Origin: Octopus vulgaris
Lineage: Eukaryota
Assembly (NCBI GenBank): GCA_951406725.2
Contig: OX597823.1
Span: 53,692,001-53,756,000, forward strand
Direction of reading: 5' to 3'
DNA length: 64,000 bases
This document shows positions 16,395 to 31,254 of the stretch, in pieces (positions within the stretch are counted from its first letter, which is position 1; each line of letters begins with the position of its first letter). The notes below the pieces were generated by a model. That model did not search any database. It was not told the origin of the DNA and worked only from the letters and a program-made list of their open reading frames with translations. A program made the position numbers and the translations under genes.

Positions 16395-17197
16395 ATACAT
16401 GCATGTGTGTGTGTGTGTGTGCTCTCAAAGCCACTCACCTGATGACATGCCAGTACACAACTGCTGCTGGATCATATTCATATAATATTTATATAATGAT
16501 CTGTATAATATGGAAAACTAAACAACTAACTGCTGCTACTAATGCAAAGAAACAATTGTTGTGGTTTGTGATTAAAGGAGATATGATGCCTGAGGAGCTA
16601 TGAAACTATAAATTGTTATTAAAGAATATATATATAAATAAATGAATGTAAAAAGTATTAGAGATCTTTCGCAGCCTATCTTGAAAATCAGTTTTACAAC
16701 TCGGTATTAGATAACCAGATATTATATATATGCAAGTGAATATGTTTTCTGGCTTATGGATTCTTAGAGACGCATGCATGTGTGTGTGTGTGTGTGTGTG
16801 TGTGTGGATGTGTGTACATGTGTACATATATATATGCATATATCTTTGTGTGTGTGTATATATGTATGTATGTATGGATATATATATATATAAATATATA
16901 TATCATAACATATGTTTCTGTACCTCATACGTTCATTAGATAATAATTTTCCATATTCATAAGATTTTACTTAAGATTATTCTTAACTTTTATGCATTTG
17001 AAATTTTTTTCAACTTCATTTCAATGTGCTTCCTCAGGTGTCACATTCTTGTTTCTGCAATCCAGATCTACCAACTTTAAGGACATTCTATTAGATTACC
17101 CTAGAAGATGGAATTAACAGGTGGAAGCCGACAAAGAGAAGCAAGGATCTTTTACGAGTACATTCTGAGGGGTTTTTTCTCAAACAAAACTTAATGG

Positions 17198-17230
<33 letters not shown>

Positions 17231-17661
17231 TCCATGAGTTTGTGTGTGTGTGTGTGTGTGAGCAGCTATATATATATATATATATATATATACACGTGTG
17301 TAAATATGCATGCATGAACAGTTAAATTAAAAATTAAGAACAAACTCCTTGTGACTTTAGATTTTAAGGCAATGATGAATTTTATTATTGTAATCATAAT
17401 ATCCATTTTTATTATCTGACAGTACAGTACATCATGACCACAACGGCTTTGAAAATCAATTTCGTCCATTATATTCCTCCCCTTCCTCTTCCTCCTTCTC
17501 CGCCTCCTTTTCATCACCATCTACATCATCATCATTATCATCAGCATAATCATCCTTCTCCTCTTCCTCCTCACCCCCATCCTCATCACCATCACTTGAC
17601 ATTTTCGTCATTTTTTTGTCTTCATTTTCCCCATCATATTCATAATAACAGTGATATTAAC

Positions 17662-17701
<40 letters not shown>

Positions 17702-17997
17702 AATCGCAATAACAACAACAACAACAACTGCCATTTTTGAATACTGATATTCTTAATGCTGCCATGACTCTTGCGGTGACAGTCAAAAGTTAATAATGTG
17801 TTCAAATACCGCTTGGGTGCCCTCTTTGCATTTCTTCCTCCTTTTGCGCGATTTATAAAACAATCTACTCAATGTACCATCTTGTGAGGGTGGAGAAGGG
17901 TTCACTGACTCATTCAATTAGACCTTAACTTGAAAAAATTTGTGGCCTGTTGCCTAAGTTAAAAACTCATCATCATCATCATCGGTTTTGCTATTAT

Positions 17998-18612
17998 TAA
18001 GGTGGATGAGCTGGTAGAACCATCAGTGTTTTTGGATAAAATGCATAATGGCATTTCTTCTGGAGCTTTATGTTCTGAATTCAAATTCCATCGAGGTCGA
18101 CTTTGCTTTCACTTTTATCCTTTTGGGGTTGATAAAATAAGTACTAGTTGAGCACTGGGATGAATATGACTGAGCAGATCCCCACCCTCAAAATTTCAGG
18201 CATTTTGCTTATTGTAGAAAGGATTATTAATATTATTATCCTTTAGGAGTAGATAAAATAAGCATTAGTCAAATATTGAGGACAGTGTTATCAACTAACA
18301 ACCACCTCCTTTCAAAATTACTGGCCTTGTGCAAGAGGTTTTGAGCTGACAGAAACGTTGGTACATAAGAAAAAATGCTTAGCAGTTTTTCTTCTGTTCC
18401 TGTATGTTTCAAGTTCATATTCCACCGAAATTGACTTCACTTTCCGTCTTTTCAAGGTCGATAAAATAAGTACCTGTTGAGCACAGGGGTTGATGTAATC
18501 AACTAAAACTTTCCTCCAAAACTCTAGGTCTTGTGCCTATAGTAGAAAGAATTATCATTATTATTATTAATATATTATTATTATGATTATTATTATTATG
18601 ATTATTATTATG

Positions 18613-18676
<64 letters not shown>

Positions 18677-18944
18677 GTAAGGTGTTGAGCTGGCAGAATC
18701 ATTAGCATGCCAGGTGAAATGCTTAGCAGTATTTCATCCATCTTTACATTCTGAGTTCAAATTCCGCCAAGGTCGACTTTGCCTTTCATCCCTTTGGGGT
18801 TGATTAAATAAGTACCAATTACACACTGGAGTCGATGTAATTGACTTAATCCCCTCATACTCAGTTGCATACAGAGTCAATCTAATCAACTGGCCCTCTC
18901 CCACAAAATTTCAGGCCTTGTGCTTATGTTAGAAAGGATTATTA

Positions 18945-18987
<43 letters not shown>

Positions 18988-19245
18988 TATTATTATTATC
19001 ATTATTATTAGTAGTAGCATTATTTTTAAAGTAGTGAGTTGGCAGAATCATTAGCACGCTAGTTGGAATGCTTAGCAGTATTTTTATTGTCACTATGTTC
19101 TGAGTTCAAATTTCGCTGAGGTTGACTTTGCCTTTCATTTTTTGGGGGTCAGTTAAATAAGTACCAGTTATGCACTGGGGACAATGTAATCAACTTCTCC
19201 CTTCCCTCAAATTTCAAGCCTTGTGCCTATTGTAGAAAGGATTAT
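17998..19245 (+). mobile_element. Cluster of 4 or more same-orientation SINE-A copies separated by (ATT)n
   Basis: Copies start at about 17998, 18340, 18678 and 19030; CpG sites mostly converted to TG/CA. Confidence 0.85.
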
Positions 19246-19277
19246 CATTATTATTATTTTCATCACTATCATCATTG

Positions 19278-19329
<52 letters not shown>

Positions 19330-19555
19330 TATCATTGTAATTCTCTTTTTTCCTACACACCATCATCACTGTCATTATCATCATTATTTTCATCACAATT
19401 ATCATCACCAATGACATCATTTATGTGTTTTGTATGTATCTATTGTCATTACAACAAGTTTCACAACTCTCCCTTGCCCAGCTCAACCTCTGCAAGCAGA
19501 TAACATTGCATTATCAAGCATCATTGTCAAACACATCATCACCATCATCATCAGT

Positions 19556-19597
<42 letters not shown>

Positions 19598-20026
19598 GTC
19601 ATCATCATCATCATCATCATCTTCAACTTTATTAGTAGAAATTACCAGCCTGCATCATTATTATCAACATTATCGTCATTGTCATACTCACCATTATCAT
19701 CAGTGTCATCATTGATGTCATTCTTCATCACCATCATTATCAGCATCATCATCAGTACCAATAGCAGCAAGAAGGACCATTGCAAATAATGACAAAATGT
19801 GTTGTCATTCTTACAAAATGAAGGATGTCTCTCTATCTCTATCTCTCTCTCTCTTTCTCTTCCACACACACATACACACATATGCAAACATGCATAGGTA
19901 TGAGTACATATATTTATACATATACACATGAATTTAAAAACACTCACTTATACATACCTATTTATCAAAATATGATTGAATATATAAAATATTTATATAA
20001 ATACATACATACATACATACATATAT

Positions 20027-20090
<64 letters not shown>

Positions 20091-20361
20091 TATGTAAACA
20101 TATCTATATCTATACATATATACATGTATGTAGGTGTATATATATATATATATATATATATATGATTTTTGTACATAGTATTATATTCATACATGCAGTA
20201 ATCATTGAAAATGCATACATGTATGTATGTATGTATATATGCATGTATGTATGTGTATATGTGTACATATGAACATACATACATTCATATATATATGCAT
20301 ACATACATGTATATATATATATACACATATATATACATGCACATATATATATATATATACA

Positions 20362-20425
<64 letters not shown>

Positions 20426-21376
20426 GATATATAGACATGTATACATGTTTCTATGTATATGCGTGTATGTGCATAAGTATGTAAGTGTGTCAAATTAATA
20501 TTTGTAAGGAAAAAATTATTAATATATATATATATTAATTACTATGTGATTCAAAAATTGATGTATATAATAGTTATAGAATTTTCCAGAATCATGTATT
20601 TGCTCTTACTACATACATCATCATCAAAGTATTTGAAAATATTGATTTGGGAATCTATTCATGTTTTTTGTTTTATTTTAGTTTCTGCTTTTGTTTTTTT
20701 TTTTCTTTTCAAAATGGATTTTCGTTTTAAACTGTTCCAGTTTTCCAATTATTATTATTATTATGATCATCATCATTATTATTATTGTCAATTAATAATT
20801 TTTTCAATTCAATAACCCTGTAAAAATGAATAATAATTACTCCACAGTCAAATTAATATTTTTTTTGTTTAATTTTATTTTCAGGTAATTTAATTTAATT
20901 TTTTTTTTTCTCCCATCGCACTTCCACCCTACTTTCATTTTTAATTTTTACTTAAATTCCTTCACAAACGATATCTACAATCTGACAACTGTGTTGGTTG
21001 TGGGTTTTTTTTTTTTATTTTTGGTTATTCATTTTTCTTTTTTTTGATATAATATTGTATTTAAAAGAAAAACAAAAACAATTATTTTGTTGCTGCTGCT
21101 GGCTATTTGCAAAAAGAATTATCATTTCATGTGTTGGCGTTGTTTAACATACATTTCATATATATATATATATAAACATGCATACGTGCATAGATATATA
21201 CATAGAAACATATGCATACATACATACATATAGATATATATGTATATTTACGCATTCATATATATACATACACACATGCTCACACATACACACACACACA
21301 TATATATACATACATACTCACACATACACACACACACATATATATACATACATACATACATACATACATACATACA

Positions 21377-21410
<34 letters not shown>

Positions 21411-22102
21411 CATACATACATATGATATATACATATACATGCAAACATAAATATATATATGTACGTTTGTGTGTACATATTTGACTACAACCAAAAAGTG
21501 TACTCAATGCATGTAGAGTATATATTCACTATGGGACAGCTGATGGTGCATACCATTGCACATACATGCATGCATACACACACACACACACACACACACA
21601 TGCACACAAAATAAAAAACATGGAGACACACAAACATAACATAAATATTTTATTTAATAGTTTTTTTCTTGAACTTTTTGTTCCATTTTCATTTTTTGTT
21701 TTTGTTATTTTCTCTTTCTTTTTCTGTTTTATTGTTTTATTTTTGTTGTTGTTGTTGTTTTGTTTTTCTAAATCCCCTTCACTGGTCCTGTGTAGCTTGT
21801 ATGGTTTCTATCGATGTCCATTTTAAACAGGAGAGTCTATTCAAAAAAAAAAAAAATTCAAGAAAAAGAAAAAACAAATAAAAGGATTTTGACTTCTATC
21901 TTTGGCATTGCGACTTATTCTGATTTTCTTAAAATTTACATGAAATTTGTTTTCTATTTTTTCTGAAGCAAAGACTTGGTTGTTAAACTCTCTGAGACTG
22001 CTGATATTAATGCAGTTGACTTAACAATCACAAACACCCACACACGCACACACTCACATGTATATATATTTATATTTATAGTTATATATATGTATATTTA
22101 CC

Positions 22103-22152
<50 letters not shown>

Positions 22153-22177
22153 CACATGCAGATATGTATGTGTATCC

Positions 22178-22210
<33 letters not shown>

Positions 22211-22421
22211 ACATATGCAAGGTAGGCAGTGCCTACCTAGAATAACATAGATCGATAGCAACATTACTTGTATGGCAAAATATGCACCTAATTCAATAAA
22301 ATTATGAAGATTACTTTGATTACTATGCATAAAATGCAAAATATTTTATTCTTTTGTAGATTAGATAAGCATAATTCACCCTGCCTTTAAATCTCAGTAT
22401 TCTTTTCTACTCTAGGCACAA

Positions 22422-22542
22422 GACTTTGCTCACATTGTGTCATTCCTGAGAGGAGAAGGCCTTCAAGCCATTCCACATTAGGCAGGTTGAAATCTCCCAT
22501 GAGAAGTACACTGATGTGCACTTCTAGTTTGGTTAAGACCCC

Positions 22543-22546
<4 letters not shown>
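22422..22546 (-). mobile_element. LINE AP-endonuclease fragment (CR1/L2-like)
   Basis: Manual translation EGVLTKLEVHISVLLMGDFNLPNVEWLEG contains the GDFNLP..W motif. Confidence 0.6.
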
Positions 22547-22581
<35 letters not shown>

Positions 22582-22627
22582 AAATTAGATTGAGAATGGA
22601 CTTCATTACCTTACAGCTGTTTCTGGT

Positions 22628-22808
22628 ATAAGATGCAATGCACTCATAATTGAATGGTTGTGTATCACCCTATAGCTTCATCAAAGCTTCAGACATGAAG
22701 TATGATTTTTAATTAAAAAATTTTTTTTAAGTGCAGTTCATGCTTGAAGCCCCAGTGAAGTTATAGGGTGGTACACAAGCATTCACACTGAGCACATTTC
22801 ATCTTATT
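22628..22808. repeat. Imperfect inverted repeat, about 75-bp arms, probably Penelope-like terminal repeat relic
   Basis: ataagatgcaatgcactca...catgaagt versus the reverse complement of gttcatgcttgaagc...catcttat; adjacent minus-strand GAAACAGCTGTA motif. Confidence 0.6.
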
Positions 22809-23399
22809 GCAAAAACTGAAATTACTATTCTCTGAAGAAGGCATGGGTAATCTCTTTCAAAAAGTGAGTCACATGAGACATATTTCATGATCAGTAGGAT
22901 AGCACTACTAAAATATCCAATGTAATATTTTGCTAGGCGTTCCAATCAGCAGGTAGCCCTCCACTGCACTAAAGCCTTGTTGTTGTAACTAGCTGCTCTG
23001 TCAGATGTGGTTTGTGTTTTTAACTCAATTCTTATAGATGATTGGTGGGGGTTAGAATTTATATATAAAGTGATACACATCAGGTTTTCATGATGTTTTC
23101 TAAAGGGTGTTACAAGCTTATATCTAAATCTAAGATGACATACATCCAAAGAAACTTCTAAATGCTATTCTGAATATTTCCCAGTTGACAATATGCTACA
23201 TAAGCCCTTTGATTGGCATAATGCCAAAGTGAGTTTCTTCTGCTTTTCCAGTGACAAACATTAAAGCACGTAATAAACAACATTAAACAACGACATGCAT
23301 CTCTCAAAAACTATGCACCTTGTATTCATGAAAACGATTCTTCACTTGGGAATTACAGCAAAACCGCAGACAGGGGACATAACTAGCTATATAATTGGT

Positions 23400-23499
23400 N
23401 NNNNNNNNNNNNNNNNNNNNNNNNNNNNNNNNNNNNNNNNNNNNNNNNNNNNNNNNNNNNNNNNNNNNNNNNNNNNNNNNNNNNNNNNNNNNNNNNNNN
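23400..23499. other. Assembly gap (100 N)
   Basis: Exactly 100 Ns, a common placeholder for a gap of unknown size. Confidence 0.99.
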
Positions 23500-24816
23500 C
23501 TACAGACCAATAACCTGCCTCCCTACTATGTTCAAGGCATTTACTGCAGTGATATCGCAAAGGCTGAACAAGCACCTGGACGAAAACAAACTGTTCCCAG
23601 AAGAGCAGAAAGGATGCCGCAAGGGCTCATATGGCTGTAAAGATCAACTAATGATTAATAAAGCCGTAACTGAAGACAGCCACAGAAAGAAGAAAGGCCT
23701 CAGTATGGCCTGGATTGACTACAAAAAGGCGTTTGATAGCATCTCCCACACATGGATCCTCGAAACACTAGCCATTAACAAAGTAGCACCAACAATCATA
23801 AAATTCATAGAGCACTCTATGAATAAATGGCAAACAGTCCTACACCTCCAAACAAAAGAGGGACTCATGAAAACCAAAGACATCCCCATTAGAAGAGGAA
23901 TATTCTAGGGAGACACGCTCTCTCCACTCCTTTTCTGCTTGGCACTGTCACCTCTATCTGATATGCTAAATAGAACTGGATGCGGATATAAATGATACGG
24001 CAAAACGATCAGCCACCTTTTATATATGGATGACCTAAAACTATACGCTGCAAATGACAAACAGCTGGAAACACTATTAAAGACAGTTCATGGATTTACC
24101 AAAGAAATAGATATGAAATTTGGATTAGAAAAATGCGCCAAAGTAACCATGAAAAGAGGAAAACTAGTTAAGAGTAACAACATCACACTAGATAAAACCA
24201 ATGAAATAAAAGAATTAGACCAAAGCCAAACTTACAAATACTTAGGAATCCATGAACTAGATAAGACACAACACACACAAATGAAAGAGAAAATAAAAAA
24301 AGAATATTATAGACGAGTTAGATCAATACTAAAAACAGAGCTCAATGCTAAAAACAAGATAATAGGTATCAACACTTTAGCTGTCCCAGTTATAAGTTAC
24401 AGCTACAATATCCTTAACTGGACACGAAATGAACTGTCCAAAATAGATAGGAAAACAAGAAAAATACCGGCAGATGACAACGTGTCTCTAAAAGAAATGG
24501 AGAAACTCTCAAAATACAAAGACCTGGAAATAGAGGTAACTAGAATGTGGAACCTGAAAACAGAAACAATTCCTATCATAGTAGGTGCATTAGGCATGAT
24601 AAAAAAAATATTCAGACAAATACATAACAAAAACACCAGGACTTACAAACACATATAACATACAGAAAATTGCACTACTAGGCACTGCACACATCCTACG
24701 CAGAACACTTTCCATACAATAACCATCAGAGCATCACAACAAATCACAGCACATACCCAAGGCACACAGAGCTGCGCTCGGTAGTGAAGTGAAAGCACGC
24801 TATAAAAATAAAACTA

Positions 24817-24820
<4 letters not shown>
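23500..24820 (+). mobile_element. Dong/R4-like (RLE-type) non-LTR retrotransposon, defective
   Basis: RT motifs EEQKG, AWIDYKKAFDS, RGIF*GDTLSP, YMDDLKLY, YKYLG; C-terminal KLSKYKDL...IPIIVGALG; 3'UTR then (TAA)n. Two premature stops, an internal deletion and a late frameshift. Confidence 0.9.
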
Positions 24821-24895
<75 letters not shown>

Positions 24896-25002
24896 CATCC
24901 AACTGTAAAACGATCATTCTTACAAATGTTACTCTTTCTCCTGTTAGTATGGAGGAAAAAAATGTTAAACAAGACAAGAGAAAAATAAGTAACGAAACTT
25001 AC

Positions 25003-25069
25003 CTACTAAAGACAAGAATAGTGAAATCTTTCCAAAATTAACTTCCCCAATGAACTTTTTACAGAAAAT
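25003..25069 (-). CDS. SLC35F3: SLC35F3/F4-like transporter, 4th exon found (IFCKKFIGEVNFGKISLFLSLVG)
   Basis: ttttttAG|ATT...GTAG|GTaagt; 67 nt, phase 0 to 1; matches the recalled SLC35F3 segment VLFKLLLGSAKFGEAALFLSILG and follows the previous exon in frame. Too short for the ORF track. Confidence 0.85.
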
Positions 25070-25285
25070 CTAAAAAAGCGAAATAAAATAAGAATAAAAT
25101 AAAAATGAAAGAAAAGATGGAAGACAGGTTTATTGTATTGTTTGCTATAAATGTTATATAACTTATAAAGAATTAGTCAGCAAAGTAAATTATTGAAAGA
25201 TCAACAACGAAGGGGAAAATGTCATTGTCATGACAACGAAGTTACTCTTTGGCTTTTTTTCTCTATAAATATCTGTACATGCCAT

Positions 25286-25318
<33 letters not shown>

Positions 25319-25353
25319 GGAAGATGTATTCACTACGCCTGAATGATATTATT

Positions 25354-25400
<47 letters not shown>

Positions 25401-25571
25401 TATATATAAATATATATACATATACATATATATACATATACATATATATATATATATATATGTAATTATATATATATATATATATATATAATTATTTTAT
25501 ATACGTATATACATACACATAATATACGCACTTGCACACGCATGCACGTACGCACACACACATGTGTACAT

Positions 25572-25613
<42 letters not shown>

Positions 25614-25688
25614 TATATACATATGTGTATATACTTACATAAATATGTATATACATATGCATATATGGGCACAGGACGTTCACCGATC

Positions 25689-25743
<55 letters not shown>

Positions 25744-27247
25744 CAATTATCAATGAATATTTATTTTGGAATTACGTTGTTTGTATTGTAATTTACGTTG
25801 TCTTTACTCTGTGGTTTGGTTGCTACGTAACCACACAAAATGTAATAAATGTTATATCGTCAGGTAAAGCTTAACACATTTACTACACATGATCGACCGA
25901 AAAGTTGGATGTGGCGGGAAGGAAACGGATATACATGAAAAGCACGTTGTTGTTGTTATCATCATCCACGTCGTTGTTGTTGTTCTTTTTTTTTTTTAGC
26001 TCCAGGTCAACGTTGATCGACCAGATCTGTGATCAAAGGTGTTTTAGTTGTGACCATTCTGTCTTCTCATGCATAGTTTAACTCAAACCTATATTATCCA
26101 ACATAGCTTTGTTTTTCGGATTTTTTTTTTTTCGTGTTTGCTTCATTCTATTTAATATTGATGTGATATCAAAGACTTTCAGTGGTCACACAGACGGTGT
26201 CTCATTCATATAAACTTTACTGTGGAGACGGCAGAAATGATTCATTTAAAAAATAAGTGAACTGAACGGAAGAATTAATTGAAGATTCTATGTTCTAAAA
26301 GTACTGAAAGCTCACAGCTATCAATGTACCGAAGACATTTTTAGCACGGGCTAAATTAATTTATAAATAATAATCTCAGAAACAGATCGTCATAGTTTTA
26401 ACGTCCACTTGTCCATGCTTGCATGAGTCAGATGGAATTCGTTGAAACAGATTATTTTTATGGCCGAATACCCTTCCTGTTGTCGACTCTTACCAGTTGC
26501 CAAGCAGGGTAATATTTACCCTAGTTCTTTGAACACGAAGAACACAATTTTTTGTTTGTGTTTATGTGTAATTCACAAAGGTTATTGTAAGTAAGCTGTC
26601 TTTTTTTTTTTCCTACCGCATATTCAAGAGGGAAGGGTAGTACCCAGAACTTTTTCCAGCACTTCAAAAGGCGAGGAGCCGAAACAAATATCTCAAAGTA
26701 TCCTTTCCGATGCTCTAACGATTCTGCGTCGTTAGAGTGGAATTTTATTTATCAGCCCTATAAAGATGAAAAGCAAAGTTAACAACTGCAGTAATTTCAC
26801 TTAGAACACAAAATGCCAACATGGACAGCAGAGGGAGTGGTCACATGAAACAGATATCTGCAGGGAGAGAGAATCACAGTTAAAAGATACCTGAAAGGAA
26901 TATCATCGAAAAGAAAATATTTTTAAAAATGTCTACAGATCTGGATAGCTACAGAAACAATAGCCTCATTCTACTGAGATGCAAAATTGAGTACTGGAAG
27001 AGAAACCTTAGGCTAAGACCGATTTCCTCCTCCTAATTCAGCTACTTGTGTCTACCACCTGGGCCCATGTCATATGCATAACAGCTAACTGGGTGTGTGA
27101 GGAGGCGGTGTACACCCATGCTGTTACTCTGCATCCCATATATTAATTAGTTGCAGGTCACTGTGTGCAGTGTTCTTCCTAATCAGATAGAGACATAGAT
27201 TGTCTGAGCCATACCTGGACGTTCAATACCAGCTGCCTATATGCATG

Positions 27248-27546
27248 TGGAGGCACATGGCCTGGTGGTTAGAGCAGCGGACTTGCGGTCGAGGGATCGC
27301 GGGTTCGAATCTGTGTGTGTTCGAATCTGCGGGCGATGTGTGTTTATGAGCGAAACACCTAAGCTCCACGCGGCTCCGGCAGAAGGTAATGGCAAGCTTC
27401 TGCTGACTCTTTCGCCACAACTTTCTCTCACTCTTCCCTCCTGCATCTTGCAGCTCACCTGCGACGGGCCGGCGTCCCGTCCAGGTGGGAAACCTATACG
27501 CCAAGGAAACCGGCCCTTATGAGCCAAGCATGGCTCGAGAAGGAAC
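27248..27546 (+). mobile_element. Full-length tRNA-derived SINE (family C) with 9-bp TSD
   Basis: A box TGGCCTGGTGG, B box GGTTCGAATC; TSD ATATGCATG at 27239-27247 and 27547-27555; CpG-rich. Confidence 0.85.
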
Positions 27547-28059
27547 ATATGCATGACCAGGCTTTCTTTAGCCACCTGGGGAATCCCTTAGCATCACTCG
27601 ATCTACTACAAATAGGAATTAAATTTCTTCCAGATCATAACCAGTCGCTTTGAAATGTGAAATAACGAAATCCTGAATACACAAAGGAAAAAAACGAATA
27701 TTCGTAGCCAGAACGTCTTTGAGTAAAGGCTTGTTCAATCAAGGTTAATCTGCAACAAAACAACGTCGACAAAAACTGAGATTAACAGCAACAAGGACTG
27801 GGAAGCTGGCATGTCCAAAAAATACGATGTAGACTGGCTGGCCACTAAATAGCAAAAGATGAGACGATAGTGTGCGTGGAGTGTAGAAATAACTTAGGAA
27901 CGATAGATTTTTTAGTAATATAGGTAACATTTTCCCATGTTGTCTCTTGCCAGTACAGAAAAGTATTAGTCTTAGTTTGGAGAGACCCTAGTTGGAATTG
28001 GCAAGCCACTAAAGTTTGCGAACTAAACGAACACAGAATTAAAAACGAAACTTTCTTGG

Positions 28060-28500
28060 ATTTGTAACAAGAAACTTCGTTGATAATATGAAACCTTATT
28101 TATGACGGGAAACCATAGAGATGACAAGAAACTATTTCATTAAGAAGAAGCCACCTTGATAACAGGAAAACACATTAATAAGAAGCATTAACACTGATAA
28201 CAATAAGCCACATTGATAACAAGGGAGAGACTACATTGATAATACAGGAGGAATTACATTCATAATAAGAAACTACACTGAGAATAATAAACGACATTAA
28301 TTACAAGAAATCATATAGAAAACATGAAACATATTGTTAACAACAGCCATGTTGATAAGAAAGAAACTATATTGATAAGAAGGAAGAAATCACATTGATA
28401 ACAAGAAACCATATTGGTAGTATGAAACATTGTTAACAAGCCATATTGACGGCAACGAAACCGCATTGATACCGAAAACCGCATTGATGACAAATTATAT
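28060..28500. repeat. Degenerate minisatellite, unit of about 19-21 bp (approx. acattgataacaagaaacc)
   Basis: Around twenty diverged tandem copies visible. Confidence 0.7.
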
Positions 28501-28906
28501 TGGTTTCAAATTTTAGCACAAGGCCAGTATGTTTGGGAAAGGGTTTTTAAGTCGATTACAATCAAGCCCTCTGTTCAACTGGTACTTATTTTATCGACCC
28601 CGTAAGGATTGATAAGCAATGTTGACTCCCCACCCCACCGCAGCATTTGAACTCGGATTGTAAGGACGGACGAAGTGCTCCAAACATTCTTCCCAGCGTG
28701 CAGCTCACCACCTTATAACAACAAAGGATATTCATGACAATAAACAATACTGATGACAAGATATATTTCTGATAATAAGAAATCATATTTATAAAGGAGA
28801 ATATGTAAATTTATTTAGTTTTCCGCCGTCTATGATTGTCGCCGTCATAATTGTTTTGCTTAAACCAATTATAGTTCTAGCCTACCGATAGTTAATTTGA
28901 TTGTGA

Positions 28907-28974
<68 letters not shown>

Positions 28975-29013
28975 GTATGAATGTATGTACGTATGTATAT
29001 ATGTATATATATG

Positions 29014-29045
<32 letters not shown>

Positions 29046-29076
29046 TATATGCATATATGTATGTATATATATATAT

Positions 29077-29307
29077 TTCTTTACTACCCACAAGGGGCTA
29101 AACACAAAGGGGACAAACAAGGTCAGACAAAGCGATTAAGTCGATTCCATCGACCCCAGTGCGTAACTGGTACTTAATTTATCGACCCCGAAAGGATGAA
29201 AGGCAAAGTCGACCTCGGCGGAATTTGAACTCAGAACGTAACAGCAGACGAAATACGGCTATGCATTTCGCCCGGCGTGCTAACGTTTCTGCCAGCTCGC
29301 CGCCTTC
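29077..29307 (-). mobile_element. Young full-length SINE-A
   Basis: Near-identical to 37371-37600 and to the reverse complement of 38241-38473; CpGs intact; embedded in TA-rich repeats. Confidence 0.9.
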
Positions 29308-29438
29308 ATGTATATATATATATATGTATATATATGTGTGTATATATATGTATGTATACATTTGTATATATATATGTGTATATATATATGTGTATATATA
29401 TGTATGTATACATTTGTATATATATATGTGTATATATA

Positions 29439-29647
<209 letters not shown>

Positions 29648-30537
29648 CCTTTGTAAAGAGTAAAATTAAGATGAATAAAACAACATCAAATAAATGTAAT
29701 ATTTGTTTAATTTTTTTTTAATTACTGAATGAGATGACAATTTATTAATTCATTGAACCAAGCAATCAAATAAATAGTTTTGCTCATATAACGTAGAACT
29801 TTGCCATTTTGTAAAGGTTTTATAAAAGTTCATCTTTTCTAGAATCCGGATAAATCACAAGGCTAGTGTTTAATTTCAAGTGCGAAACAGTGCGAAACTA
29901 GTGTGAAGCAAAATCTTTGACTCTGGATAGAACGCAAGTCAATCGCATGTAGCTTATCTGTTCAAAGAGTAAGGTAATTTCCGACAGCTTAGGTATATGA
30001 AAAATTTGAAGGCAAAGAATTTTGTCAAGAGAACAACGAAATATCTACAACGAACAGTAATCAAATACTTAATCTGCTCAATAATTTTTTCCATTCCTAT
30101 CATATCTGGCAGTCCGACGGTTTCGACGACGAGTATTCCAGCTGATCCGATCAACGGAACAGCCTGCTCGTGAAATTAATATGCAAGCGGCTGAGCACTC
30201 CACAGACACGCATTCCCTTAACGCAGTCCTCAGGGAGATTCAGAACGATTCTGTCAGCTCGCCAACTTAACATATAGTATTTGCCAAAACTGCTTTGCAA
30301 TCATGAGGTACCGCATTCGATTCCACGAAAAGGTATCTTGGGGAAATATTTTTTTACCATAGCCTTGAACAGAACTAAAGTGAAAATGGATGGACAGACA
30401 CTGTGGAAGCTTTTCGGATGAACGATACTTACAAAGCAAAGGGCCAATCTTGTAATACACTATAACTTACTGATTCTGTTCAAGGATTGAGTTAAGAGTA
30501 CAAGTGTCTAGGAATACTCGACCACTTAAAAAACTGG

Positions 30538-30853
30538 CATCCCATTGGTTACGACGACGCGGGTTACAGTTGATCCGATCAACGGAACAGCCTACTCATG
30601 AAATCAACGTGAAGTGGCTGAGCACACCGCAGACACGCATGCTCTTTACGTAGTTCCTAGGGAGATTCAGCGTGACACTGAATGTGCCAAGGCTGGCCCT
30701 GTGGAATACAACTAGTACTCATTTTTACCAACTGAGTGGACTGGAGCAACGTGAAATAAAGTGTCTTGCTCAAGGACACAACGCACCATCGGAAATCGAA
30801 CTCAAGACATTCCGACTGTGATCTGGATATCCAAAGTACTAAGCCACGCACCT
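30538..30853 (-). mobile_element. tRNA-derived SINE family D
   Basis: Minus-strand head gtggcttagt...gagttcgattt, core gtgtccttgagcaagacactttatttcacgttgctccagtccactcag; homologous to 41307-41642 and 30110-30245. Confidence 0.75.
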
Positions 30854-31254
30854 TCACTTTCCTCTCATATAAAAGGAGGTAAAAATATTATAAATCTTTA
30901 TTGTATGTTAACCCCACAGATTACAATAAAAATTGCTTATGTATCGATTATAGTTGTCGTATTGATTGTACTGTTAGAAGATGCCTAAAATTGTGGATAA
31001 AAATTACATCAGTAGTGTTACATTATATATTTATGACTTTAACAAACCAGAACCAAATTAAAACAGCCGAAAATAGAACTAACTAATCGATAATAAGTCT
31101 CTGTAGCAACTGCGGCTAATGCTATACTGGAGCATTAAACAATAACACTGAGGTGCTTACATATGTGTAATACAAACATTCGTTTGACATCCACCAGAAT
31201 CCAATAGGAAATATGCAGATTGTAGAAAACTAAAATATTCGTAAGCTAGAATAT

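Noticed and set aside
17038-17120. Plus-strand acceptor-like site and possible exon
   Set aside because: All three frames close quickly and the donor is weak.
27248-27320. Second tRNA gene
   Set aside because: A/B boxes are present but no cloverleaf closes; it is the head of a TSD-flanked SINE.
28060-28500. Possible CRISPR-like array
   Set aside because: Degenerate contiguous units without unique spacers, in a eukaryotic context with no cas genes.
29159-29361. Recurrent [28 protein letters not shown] (also at 37454 and 60695)
   Set aside because: Antisense translation of SINE-A; recurrence reflects repeat copy number.
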